A stretch of DNA of 64,000 nucleotides from an uncultured Methanosarcinales archaeon (GTDB lineage: Archaea > Nanobdellota > Nanobdellia > Woesearchaeales > UBA11576). Location of the stretch: assembly GCA_964406185.1 (NCBI GenBank), contig CAYOQS010000003.1, positions 48,249 through 112,248 on the forward strand, read 5' to 3'. The position numbers were made by a program, and so were the translations under genes. Below the pieces are notes generated by a model. It was not told where the DNA came from and ran no database searches. It worked only from the letters and a program-made list of their open reading frames with translations. Positions 16,774 to 26,700 of this stretch are shown one piece after another. The first letter of the stretch is position 1, and every line of letters starts with the position of its first letter.

Positions 16774-19700
16774 TCAATCTTTTTCTGCACCTTTTTCCTG
16801 AGATCCAGCAGACTTGCCTTTCCTGCCCGTGAATACCTGCATCACAAGGAACACCACAACGATAAGTCCGACAACAGCACCAAGATACATGAGAAGCCTC
16901 TTGTTCTTCGCAAAGAAAGAAGTCTCAGGAGCCGGCTCAGGCTCCACTTCCTGCACAACAGCAAGCTCAGGAGGAGCGGCCTGCCCGACAGGCTCCTCCA
17001 CTTCAGCTACAGGCTCAAGCTCCTCACGAGGCTCGGGCTTCGCAGGAGGAAGAAGAGGAATCGGCTCAGGCTTCTGGACAAGATAGAAGACAAGCAGAGC
17101 CTGGTTGTCATAACTGCCTGAATACACGATCTGGATATCATCCCTGCCGTCACTGTCAAGATCAAAGTTCTTGGTAAGGCCGTTCGCAAGAGTGTGTGAC
17201 TGGACCCCATCATACAGGGAGTCAAGCTCCAGGACTGAGCCTGTGAAAGAGTCCACCTTGAAAAGATAAGAAGCGCCATCATAAGACACGCTGATCTCCT
17301 GGCTCTTAGGAGCCTCCACGATCGTGGACGTATAAGTCGGGACAACACCAATAGGCTCGCTGGACGCGGAAGCTCCACCGCCACCTCCTCCTCCACCACC
17401 GCCAGAACCGCCGCTCTCCTGAGAGCCGCCGGCAGAGAAGACAGAGAAATGGGAGACGTTGGCCCAAACGCGATTGGCATCAGTATCGACCCCAGAATCC
17501 GGCTCCTGCTCCCACTCACCTGAAGATGTGTTAAAGTAATAGATCCGCAGCGAGGATTCAACGATGTTTGAAGGAAGAGAAGCATCAGAATAGTAGATGC
17601 TCAAGATATACCAAGAAAGGTTTCCCTCCACCTCTGCAGAGGCGTTGACAGCGACAAAAGTGCCGAGCCCAAGCGCAGCGAAGCCGTTTGCGGAAGAGGC
17701 CTCGACATTCTCAGGATTGGTATTGTACTGCGCGACAGCGACAGAACCAGTGGTGTTCTGCACTGTAGACAGGTTTATGTCAACACCAGCCGTCGCGTTG
17801 ATATTGAAAGTCGCGTTCGCCGTGGTGTTAACGCCTGTCGTGGCGTTCTGCTGAGGCACGATGATCGTCCTCGACAAGGAAAGCCCGCTGTTAGAAGCGG
17901 GATCCGTGCAGTTGACATACCATGACAAAGAGCCTGCAGCCAGCTGAACAGAGCTGAACGTCGTGACTGTGGAGTCGGCCACAGACGAATTCGACGCAGA
18001 TGCTGAACCGCCAGCGTACAAAGTGCAGGCCAATGTCGAAAATAGGTTATCCGAAGCGTTGAAGACAAAATCAGAAGAGTTGGTCATCAGAGCAGTCCTG
18101 TTGGAAGGAGAAGACAGACAGACAGAAGGAGCTGCGGAGTCGTAAGTCATGATCATCACAGCAGACACGTTCGTGTTCTGGCCGTCAGAACATGATATGT
18201 TCCAAAGATAAGTACCCTGCGAAGGGATTGAGTAGCTAAGGTTATTCTCTCCGAAATTGCTGAACACACTATAGTTCACCATAGAACCATCGAAGATGAG
18301 CGAGCAGTTGACTGTCGTCGCTGATTCATCACTGACATTGAACACGAACACCTGCAGGGAAGAGGAGACATTGGCGTTGTCAGCAGGGCCGGAAAGGTTC
18401 AGGGAAGGAGCCAGGTTATCAGACACGTTAGGCGCGTAGACTAATGACGTCGAAGTCATATTGAACGGGTCGCTAGCATTGAAATAATAAGTATAATTGC
18501 CCTCGACAAGAGTTGTCTGGTAATAATAGACCTTGCCATCCACAACATCTGTGTCCCCTGCGTCAGCAGGGAGCATGGAATAGTTCGAGCTGTTTATCAC
18601 GACATACATGAACTCTGCAGTGTGGTTGTCAGCATCAGAATAATTCACAGTATAATTGAACATCGTCGTCGTATTGCCATCAACAGGACTCAAAGAGGCT
18701 GATGAAAGTACAGGCACATCGTTCATTATCGTGATGTTCAGCTTATCAGTGATGTTGCTCATGTAATCCGTCTCGAAAATCGTGAAGAACGTGTAGTTCC
18801 CGAAATCACCAGTCGCATTAACCATCCAGCTAACATTGCAGGAAGAGCCGTCCTGCATCACGTCAAGACATGAAGAGTCATGAGGGTTCGCAGTGGTGGT
18901 ATAGAAAGGAGTCGCCCCCACGGTCGTGGATACCGCGCCTTTGGAAGTGACAGCGGAATAGACATCGATGCGAGGATATGTGTAATCCGTCGTCGCATCA
19001 TAAAGATCGACACCATTGAACCCAAGAAGCCACTCCACCTGCTGCGGAGTAAGAGTGCGGCCGTGCTTCAACCTAAAGTACTGCTGTATGATGGCCGCGG
19101 CGCCCGCCACATGAGGAGTGGACATGGAAGTGCCTGACTTGGTCATGTGAGTACCATCATAATCAGTCGCCAAAATGCTGTTTCCAGGAGCCATAAGGTC
19201 CAGGGTGAAGCCGCGCTGACCCCAAGACACAATACCATCACCGTCATCTGTGATGCCTACAGATGTCGCGTTCCTTATACAGCCCGGAGAAGCTATACCC
19301 TTGTCACCGCTAGTCCACCTGTTGCCTGCCGCGATCGCGACGAAGATGTCATCAGCGACAGCATTGTTGACAGCCTCAGTCATGACCGGGTCGAAATCCT
19401 CACACCCAAAACCATTATTGTCATACACATACCACGTGCCTATGCTCATGCTGATCACAGATATGTTATAAGCCGCCGCGTTGCTCACGCACCAGTCAAC
19501 ACCCGCAGCTACATCAGACATCCAGCCAGAACCAGTCGAATCCAAAGCCTTGACCGCAACAAGACTGGCGCCAGGAGCCACACCAGTATAGGTCGAATCC
19601 TCAGAAGCAGCTATGCCTGCACAATGAGAACCGTGAGAGTGATCATCAAGAAAACCTGAAGAGCTCTCCTCATCACCGTCAGTGCAGCATCCCGTACTGT

Positions 19701-20796
19701 CATCAGGTACATAATCATCACAATAGCAATAACCATCCAAAACCTTCGCATTAGGGAAAGACGCGTAGCCGCCAAAGTCAGGATGTGAATAATTGATGCC
19801 CGTGTCGATCACGCAGATCGTCTGATCAGTGCCTGTGATGTTCTCACCACCAACCTGAATGTTCCAAGTGTCATACTTAGCATCGATAAGAGGGACAGAA
19901 ACATCCAGAGCAGCCTCCACACGCCTGTCAGGGTAGACGTAATCCACATCAGGGTCAGCAGCCAGCCTCTCCAAGCCCTTCGCAGTAACCGTGCCTGCGA
20001 AAGCGTTCATGTTCCTGAACCTATGGCGAAGCCTGAAATCCTCCCCCGAAGATGCACCTACCCTCACCCCCTGAGCCATCCTGACATTTCCCAAAACACG
20101 ATCCTGCTTCCTCTCAAACCCCTTGCCTGTCAGGGTCGACGAATCATCCTTCAGCTTCACCATCACCCTCGCAACACCATCATTCCCTATCTGAGCAACC
20201 ACATCACCATGAGCTTTCGCCAACTTCTGAGGCTCGGGATCGAGTATCGCCTGGACGTTGCGGCAGGGGCCTTCACCCACGCACGTGACGCCGGCAGTGA
20301 AGTTGAAAGTGCTGTGCTTCGTGGCGTTCATCCAGGAAGAAGGAGAGACAAGATAAGGCACGAGCTTGCCCTGCTGCTCGACAGAGATGTTGTAAGAGCC
20401 GCCCACATCATTGCCTGACTCGTTCAGCAGTAAATAATATGTCCCTGAACCGATAGCGCGCCAGACTATACGAGCAGAATGATAACCATCAACAGTCCCA
20501 GCCTCATCCGCAGAAAGCTTAGTCGAGCCATCAGTATCGTAAAGGAAAAGCCTGATATCTGTCAAGCCAGGAGCAGACAGGTTACGGGTCTGTATCAGAT
20601 AATACTCGCCAGCAGACGCGTTGAAGTTAAGCCAGTCGTCATCATCGCTACTTGAGAAGTTATGCGTCTGCCAGGTGCCGTTGACAGGGATATTAGTAGA
20701 GTTCAGATAGCTATCGTCAGGCTCGTACACATCATCAGCTGCAAATGCCACAGGCAGAAGCGAGAATAGGACAATCAGTATGACAATCTGTCTCAT
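16774..20796 (-). CDS. cell-surface subtilisin-like serine protease (peptidase S8), ~1340 aa, C-terminal TM anchor
   Basis: Signal MRQIVILIVLFSLLPVAFA. Triad motifs VIDTGI (D), HGSHCAG (H), GTSMSTPHVAG (S). Gly13 linker, Pro/Glu-rich stalk, C-terminal LLMYLGAVVGLIVVVFLVMQVF plus basic tail. SD AAGAGGT. Confidence 0.85.
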   Translation of the reverse strand: MRQIVILIVLFSLLPVAFAADDVYEPDDSYLNSTNIPVNGTWQTHNFSSSDDDDWLNFNASAGEYYLIQTRNLSAPGLTDIRLFLYDTDGSTKLSADEAGTVDGYHSARIVWRAIGSGTYYLLLNESGNDVGGSYNISVEQQGKLVPYLVSPSSWMNATKHSTFNFTAGVTCVGEGPCRNVQAILDPEPQKLAKAHGDVVAQIGNDGVARVMVKLKDDSSTLTGKGFERKQDRVLGNVRMAQGVRVGASSGEDFRLRHRFRNMNAFAGTVTAKGLERLAADPDVDYVYPDRRVEAALDVSVPLIDAKYDTWNIQVGGENITGTDQTICVIDTGINYSHPDFGGYASFPNAKVLDGYCYCDDYVPDDSTGCCTDGDEESSSGFLDDHSHGSHCAGIAASEDSTYTGVAPGASLVAVKALDSTGSGWMSDVAAGVDWCVSNAAAYNISVISMSIGTWYVYDNNGFGCEDFDPVMTEAVNNAVADDIFVAIAAGNRWTSGDKGIASPGCIRNATSVGITDDGDGIVSWGQRGFTLDLMAPGNSILATDYDGTHMTKSGTSMSTPHVAGAAAIIQQYFRLKHGRTLTPQQVEWLLGFNGVDLYDATTDYTYPRIDVYSAVTSKGAVSTTVGATPFYTTTANPHDSSCLDVMQDGSSCNVSWMVNATGDFGNYTFFTIFETDYMSNITDKLNITIMNDVPVLSSASLSPVDGNTTTMFNYTVNYSDADNHTAEFMYVVINSSNYSMLPADAGDTDVVDGKVYYYQTTLVEGNYTYYFNASDPFNMTSTSLVYAPNVSDNLAPSLNLSGPADNANVSSSLQVFVFNVSDESATTVNCSLIFDGSMVNYSVFSNFGENNLSYSIPSQGTYLWNISCSDGQNTNVSAVMIMTYDSAAPSVCLSSPSNRTALMTNSSDFVFNASDNLFSTLACTLYAGGSASASNSSVADSTVTTFSSVQLAAGSLSWYVNCTDPASNSGLSLSRTIIVPQQNATTGVNTTANATFNINATAGVDINLSTVQNTTGSVAVAQYNTNPENVEASSANGFAALGLGTFVAVNASAEVEGNLSWYILSIYYSDASLPSNIVESSLRIYYFNTSSGEWEQEPDSGVDTDANRVWANVSHFSVFSAGGSQESGGSGGGGGGGGGGASASSEPIGVVPTYTSTIVEAPKSQEISVSYDGASYLFKVDSFTGSVLELDSLYDGVQSHTLANGLTKNFDLDSDGRDDIQIVYSGSYDNQALLVFYLVQKPEPIPLLPPAKPEPREELEPVAEVEEPVGQAAPPELAVVQEVEPEPAPETSFFAKNKRLLMYLGAVVGLIVVVFLVMQVFTGRKGKSAGSQEKGAEKD

Positions 20797-20844
20797 GCAA
20801 TAACCTCTTTTCAAAAGAGAATATAAGAGAATGATATAAAAAGA

Positions 20845-22026
20845 TTACTTCTTCTTGGACTTAGAAGACTTCTTCCCGGCCTTCCCCTTATTCTTTTTCG
20901 AGACCTCTTTCTTCTGCTTCTCAGCCAAAGCCTTGGCCTCAGCCAACGACATGCTCTTACCAGAATCAAGCCCGGAAGACTTCTCAGGAGATTTAGCTGA
21001 AGGTTCCGCAGAAGTTTTAGAATGCCTTTTGTACTTCGCAAGCACCCTCTCGATACGGCCATGATGCCAGCCAACCTCAAGAAGACGCTCCTTGATCTCA
21101 TCCACAGACTTGCCGCGCTTGATACTCTCCCTGATGTAGCTGTCCAGCTCCTTATCCACACTGTAGCCGAGCCGCTTCCTGCCGAAAACCAGGTAAAGCA
21201 CGACGGCAATCACCACCAAGGCCAACAGTATCAATATGCCCAAAAGCCGGGACTCCTCATCAGGCTCCACACCAGTCACGTCAGGGCCAGTAGTGGCAGG
21301 GACTGTTGAAGGAACCTGCTCAGGTCCTGGCTGCTGCTTCTCAAGCTGAACAGGAGTCACACCAGTCTCAAGAGCCACGTCAGAAGGCTCCTCATCAATC
21401 TCTTCCTCAGGCACATCTTCCTCAAGAGGAGCTTCCTCGCTGACCTCTTCCACCTCCTCTGCAACCTCAGCATAAGCATCATAACCCTGCATCTTACCTA
21501 TGAACAGATGATGCACGCCACCGTCATCAGCAGCAGTGAAATACACAAAATCCTCATCATCACTCACCACATCAGTCGGAAGCGCCTCCCACTCCTCAAG
21601 AACACGGTCATAAGCATGGAGTGCCACAGCATTGCGGGGCACGCCCTTATCCTCAAGCCAGGACTTCTCAACCCTGAAATCATAAAGGAACTTCTTGGTA
21701 TCATGAGGCACAAAACCCGAATACTTGATCTCATTGAACTCATAAGAATCATTCTCAGGCACATCAGGAAGGAAATCAGGAATGCTCCTCAGATTATACA
21801 CGGTAAGGCCTGCATTCTTCGCATCACGCTCGATAGTGAAAGTGATCCTGGTCAAGGCGATCTCTTCATTATCTATCTCAAATACATAAGGAGTGTCAGC
21901 CAGGACCTTCTCAAAGATAAGACCGTCCTGCGGATTCCACGCAGGATTATAGAAAGTAACACCGTAAGCAGCCGCCAACGGCAGCAGGAACAGTAATGCA
22001 CACAAAAATGCCAGGATACGTCTCAT
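20845..22026 (-). CDS. type-I membrane protein: signal peptide, ~190-aa extracellular domain, acidic linker, TM, Lys-rich cytoplasmic tail
   Basis: MRRILAFLCALLFLLPLAAAYG signal. TM LLGILILLALVVIAVVLYLVF. Tail rich in K. Confidence 0.6.
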   Translation of the reverse strand: MRRILAFLCALLFLLPLAAAYGVTFYNPAWNPQDGLIFEKVLADTPYVFEIDNEEIALTRITFTIERDAKNAGLTVYNLRSIPDFLPDVPENDSYEFNEIKYSGFVPHDTKKFLYDFRVEKSWLEDKGVPRNAVALHAYDRVLEEWEALPTDVVSDDEDFVYFTAADDGGVHHLFIGKMQGYDAYAEVAEEVEEVSEEAPLEEDVPEEEIDEEPSDVALETGVTPVQLEKQQPGPEQVPSTVPATTGPDVTGVEPDEESRLLGILILLALVVIAVVLYLVFGRKRLGYSVDKELDSYIRESIKRGKSVDEIKERLLEVGWHHGRIERVLAKYKRHSKTSAEPSAKSPEKSSGLDSGKSMSLAEAKALAEKQKKEVSKKNKGKAGKKSSKSKKK

Positions 22027-22169
22027 CAACCTCACACCCCCTTTATTATAAGCTGAGGAAGGGTGTCGTATTTAAATGTTTTTTGGAAAAACAACAGAAC
22101 AGAGCACAAGCTGAAAGGTGAAAAGAATAAAGAAATGAGGAGGATGAAAAGAAAAAAATTTATCAGACC

Positions 22170-23516
22170 TTAATAGTAGGTCTGTCCGCTGATCTCGTCC
22201 TCAGCTTCCTCTTCCTCGTCGTCCTTCTTCCTCGTGAAGACCACGATAAGAGCGACAACGATAAGGATGACGACAAGCACTATCAGGCCGATCTCCAAAG
22301 CCTTCTTCAGGCCGGAACCGGACTCATCAGCACCATCGCCCTCGACAACGTTCGCAGACATAGGAATCTGCTTTACGACATTGCCGGAAGCGTCCTTGAC
22401 ATCAACGGTGAACATATGCTCAGCAGCCTCAGCAGTCTCCTTAGCTGAAACATAGACATACACTGACTTGGACTCACCACCACCGACAGTCACTGTCTGG
22501 AGAGGTGATATCTTGACAGTCGCCCAGTCATCAGCACCTGTGACCGCAACCACATAAGTCTTGGACTCTGCGCCGGAGTTCGTGAAAGTCACCGGATAGA
22601 TGGCTCCACCCTCACCCCTCACGAGGTCCTGGCTCTGAGCACCGACTGTTATGACAGTCTTCTGAGCAGGAGTCTGCTCCTCAGGCTCTTCAGTCTGCCC
22701 CTGTTCGTCTTCCTCAGGCTCTTCGGGAAGCTCAGGCTCACACACAGGGGAGTCGACAACATCAACATAGACGTTCTGTGTAGCGACCTCGTCGCCCTCG
22801 TCATAAGTGACCTTGACCTGTCCCGTATACTGGCCTGCATCTGTGCAGACAGGAATCCTGAGATAAAGCTCTTCACTTACCCTGGACTCACCAGCCTCTA
22901 TATCCATATAATCCGGAAGGGCCTTGAGACCAAGCTCTGGAATCGCGAACTCGACCTTAACATCATCCTCGTCCATCTGGCCGTAGTTCTTCAGGTCTAC
23001 AAGGACCCTCATGGACCTGCCAGCCTCGACCTCCAAAGCAGGATCAACATCAACATCCTTGATCTTGACGCTGTGCCTTGTCGTGTCGACGAAGATATAA
23101 TAGTCTGCCTGGAGTTCATCGCCAGCCCTGTCTCGGACATACACCCTCAACCTGTACTGGTCGACATCAATCCTTGACGGCAGAGTAAGCTCAATCTCTT
23201 TGGTGTAAGAAACATTAGCTCTCATGTCAAAGACGTCTGTGACGTCTGAAACCCTATCATCATGGTCATAACCGGACATCATGGCCTCGATCTCAACATC
23301 CTCAAGATCCTCAAAAGCCGTGACCCTGACCTTAACCTCGAAAGACTGATCCCTTTCAAGGCTCTGGACTTCATTCAGTCCCGGTGCCATCTCATCCCCA
23401 TCGACCTTGACCCAGTCAATGTCAGCATTAAGAGCGCTGACAACGCCGGAAAGGGCGAAAAGGCTTATCAAAAGCACCAAAAACCCTGTAATATGCTTCA
23501 TTTTGCCTCTATTCAT
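22170..23516 (-). CDS. cell-surface protein, signal peptide and C-terminal TM anchor + acidic tail
   Basis: Start MNRGKMKHITGFLVLLISLFALSGVVSA with GGAGGAT SD. C-terminal LIVLVVILIVVALIVVF, then KKDDEEEEAEDE. Confidence 0.6.
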   Translation of the reverse strand: MNRGKMKHITGFLVLLISLFALSGVVSALNADIDWVKVDGDEMAPGLNEVQSLERDQSFEVKVRVTAFEDLEDVEIEAMMSGYDHDDRVSDVTDVFDMRANVSYTKEIELTLPSRIDVDQYRLRVYVRDRAGDELQADYYIFVDTTRHSVKIKDVDVDPALEVEAGRSMRVLVDLKNYGQMDEDDVKVEFAIPELGLKALPDYMDIEAGESRVSEELYLRIPVCTDAGQYTGQVKVTYDEGDEVATQNVYVDVVDSPVCEPELPEEPEEDEQGQTEEPEEQTPAQKTVITVGAQSQDLVRGEGGAIYPVTFTNSGAESKTYVVAVTGADDWATVKISPLQTVTVGGGESKSVYVYVSAKETAEAAEHMFTVDVKDASGNVVKQIPMSANVVEGDGADESGSGLKKALEIGLIVLVVILIVVALIVVFTRKKDDEEEEAEDEISGQTYY

Positions 23517-23721
23517 CTTTCCATCCTCCAAATCAACTGATTTGAACATAAAAGAGTATAAAAACCCCCAACCGTAAAACGGCAATATACCCTCTGTATA
23601 ACAACCCCTCTTATATAAATGTTTCGCTTATTTTGTTATTTTATAGTGGTTAAAATGATTAACCTTTTTTGAGTGGTATGAGGCCTTGAAAGGCCGAAAT
23701 AAAAAAAAATTATGCAAAGCA

Positions 23722-26700
23722 TCAGGCCACTGTCACTACCCTGTACTTAACCCTGCGAACATCATCATTGCTGACAACAACCCTCAGGTCATACAGGCCG
23801 GGCTCCGCCCACTCCGGCACCCCGAGATTCAGCACCACAGTAGATGTCTCACCAGGCTCGAGCTCGCGGAGAAGGTCCATATTCCTTATGCCCAACTCCT
23901 GTATAGACATATCAACCCTGATATCCTCAAGAGAGTAGTCAAGATTGTTCTGCAGAGCCACACTCAACCTGTAATAGTTGCCAGGCTCTACAACCGCGGC
24001 CTCAACATCATGACCATTGATGTCAACCCTGTTGATGAGCAGCTCATCCTCATCCCTGAACGGCATGTCATCAGTAGAGACGTCAATCTCACCTTCAAGA
24101 TCATCATACGCATCAGCGCAGTGAGGATCCTCCTGCCAATCGACAAGACCATCACCATCATCATCCAGACCATTGTCGCACTGGGCAAGACCTGAAGAGA
24201 TGGTCACAGCGACAACCTCTGTGTCACCTGCACCCTCGCCATCCACGACAGTCAGCCTGAACTCATACAAGCCCTCCTCGAAAAACTGCACAGCAAAACC
24301 GCCCGGAAGACCAGGCACGTGCAGATCAGAGTAGGTATAATTACCAGGACCTGTTATGACCCAGGAATGCTCAGCGACAACACCATCAGGATCATAGCTT
24401 CCGGAACCATCAACATCTATGATCACACCCGGAGCACCATAAGCCCTTGACAGATCAATGACGGCGACAGGCGGCTGGTTGCCTGCAAAATCTGTCTCAT
24501 CGTCATCTGAAGCGTCAGTGCAGCCAGGATCAGCCAAGTCAACCAGGCCATCACCATCATTGTCCACACCATCCGCGCACTGAGGAACATGGGCCTCATT
24601 GTCATCTTCAGCAGACAGGCAGTCAGGATCCTCCATGTCTATGAGGCCATCACCATCATTATCGATACCGTCACTGCACTGAGGCAGTACCGGGTCGGTC
24701 TCATCATCATCAGCAGGATTGTCACAGCCAGGATCAGCCATGTCTATGAGTCCGTCACCATCATTATCGATACCGTCAGAGCACTGAGGCAGCACTACCG
24801 GATCGGTCTCATCATCATCACCAGGACCCTCACAGCCAGGATCAGCCATGTCTATGAGTCCGTCACCATCATTATCGACGCCGTCAGAGCACTGAGGCGG
24901 CGTGACCGGATCGGTCTCATCATCATCCTCAGGACTCTCGCAACCCGGATCAGCCATGTCAATCAACCCATCACCATCATTATCAATCCCATCAGAACAC
25001 TGTGGAAGAGATGAAGGATCATCAGACTCATCGTCGTCCATCGCGTCGCTGCAGCCCGGATCGGCAAGGTCAATCAACCCATCACCATCATTATCAATGC
25101 CGTCACTGCACTGAGGCAGGACAGGATCATCAGACTCATCATCATCCTCAGGACTCTCGCAACCCGGATCAGCCATGTCAATCAACCCATCACCATCATT
25201 ATCAATGCCATCCTCACACTGCGCAAGGGATGAACCGCCAGTGTTTACAGGAACATCTATAGTGTCGACGTCGCCGTCAAGATCGCTAAGCACAAGGGTT
25301 ATGATATCATAACCAGGCGCGAGCGGAGTCACTGTCAGGAAATCATCCATGTCAACAGAGACCTCAGCTACAGCATGGTCCACGCCGAGCACACTCCACT
25401 GAAGACCCCTACCTGAATCCTCGACATCAGACTCGTAAGGCGACAAACCTATGATCGTCGTATCGTCAAAAGTCCTGTCGAACTCATCCACAACAGCAGG
25501 GTCGATCACAGGAGGATTGTTCCTGATCACCACCTCAACCACCATCTGGGAGCCGCTACCATCACTGAAGTTGAAAGCGAAAGTAAACACCTGAGAGTCA
25601 CCCAGGAAGTCATGCGTCACAGGTATCCTCAGATCATACCAGTAATTGCCGTCGGTGTTAGGCGCGAACTCATCAAACCAGGCAACACCGCCAGGCGGGC
25701 TTACAAGAGCCACGCTCGTCACCAGGTCATCAGCAGGAGCGCCGGACTCGTCAAGCACCATGAAGTGCACGAACATATCCTCACCACGGAAGAAATCATA
25801 ATCCTCCTGGGTGAAGCCGGAATCATTGTACACAGCAAGATTGGAGATCACATACCTCCTGGCAAGGACCTGGAAAGAAGCTGTAGGATCAGCGTCAAGG
25901 TCCGGAGACCAGCCAGGCTTCTCAGCAGTAGCGTAGACAGTATAATTGCCAACAACATCAGTAGGGAAAGTGATCACACAGCTGCCCGTAAGAGAGTCTG
26001 TGATGCAGTTAGTTATCTCTGAACCGCCATCATAGAACAGAACAGCATTCGCTCCGCCCACAGAAGCGCCGTGAGACGACTCGACACGCACAGAACATGA
26101 CTGAAGACTGTCCTCGACAACAGGATCGAAGCAATCTATGCTGGTCACGTTGAGCTGGCCAAGGACATTCACGGTATGCGTGACAGAGTCAGAAAACTCA
26201 CCATCACTGACAGTCAAAGTGACCGGGTAGTCACCAGGCGCCTCGAAAGTCCAGACAGCAAAGCAGTCATCAGAGTCAGACCATCCGTCATCATCGAAAT
26301 CCCACCCGCATGTCAGAGAGTCACCGTCAGGATCGGTCGAAGTGGAGTTGAACATCACCTCTTCGCCGGCCTGAGGCGTCTCAGGAGACCATGTGAAGTT
26401 AGCCTCCGGAGCATGGTTGTCAGGCAGAGCAGGAAGCACCTCTATATTGATAGTTGTAGAATCTTCACAAACCCCATCAGTCACCCTGAACGTAGCAGAG
26501 TGATCGCCTATCTGGAGCTCGACAGGAGTCCAGCTGAAATGACCGTCTGCGGTCAGGAATGGTGTGAATGGCATGTCAGCCCAGAATGTAAGATCATCAC
26601 CATCAGCGTCGAGAGCTTCAAGGTCAAACTCAAGAGTCTCACCGACCCGGACAGTCATGTCATCATACCAACCAAGACTTGGACAGCGGTTCTCTGAGAC

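Noticed and set aside
17007-17585. 192-aa minus-strand ORF in an alternative frame of the subtilase gene
   Set aside because: Same strand but different frame inside a gene with clear S8 motifs. Low-complexity Ser/Leu/Arg translation.
24500-25235. Possible CRISPR array
   Set aside because: The repeats are in-frame coding repeats of a surface protein. There are no short unique spacers, and no cas genes are present.
24589-25262. Plus-strand ORFs across the tandem repeats (also 23686-24195 and 25002-25262)
   Set aside because: Antisense to the 1474-aa gene. Repetitive translations (IIIDTV.., HHHY..) are artefacts of the coding repeat.
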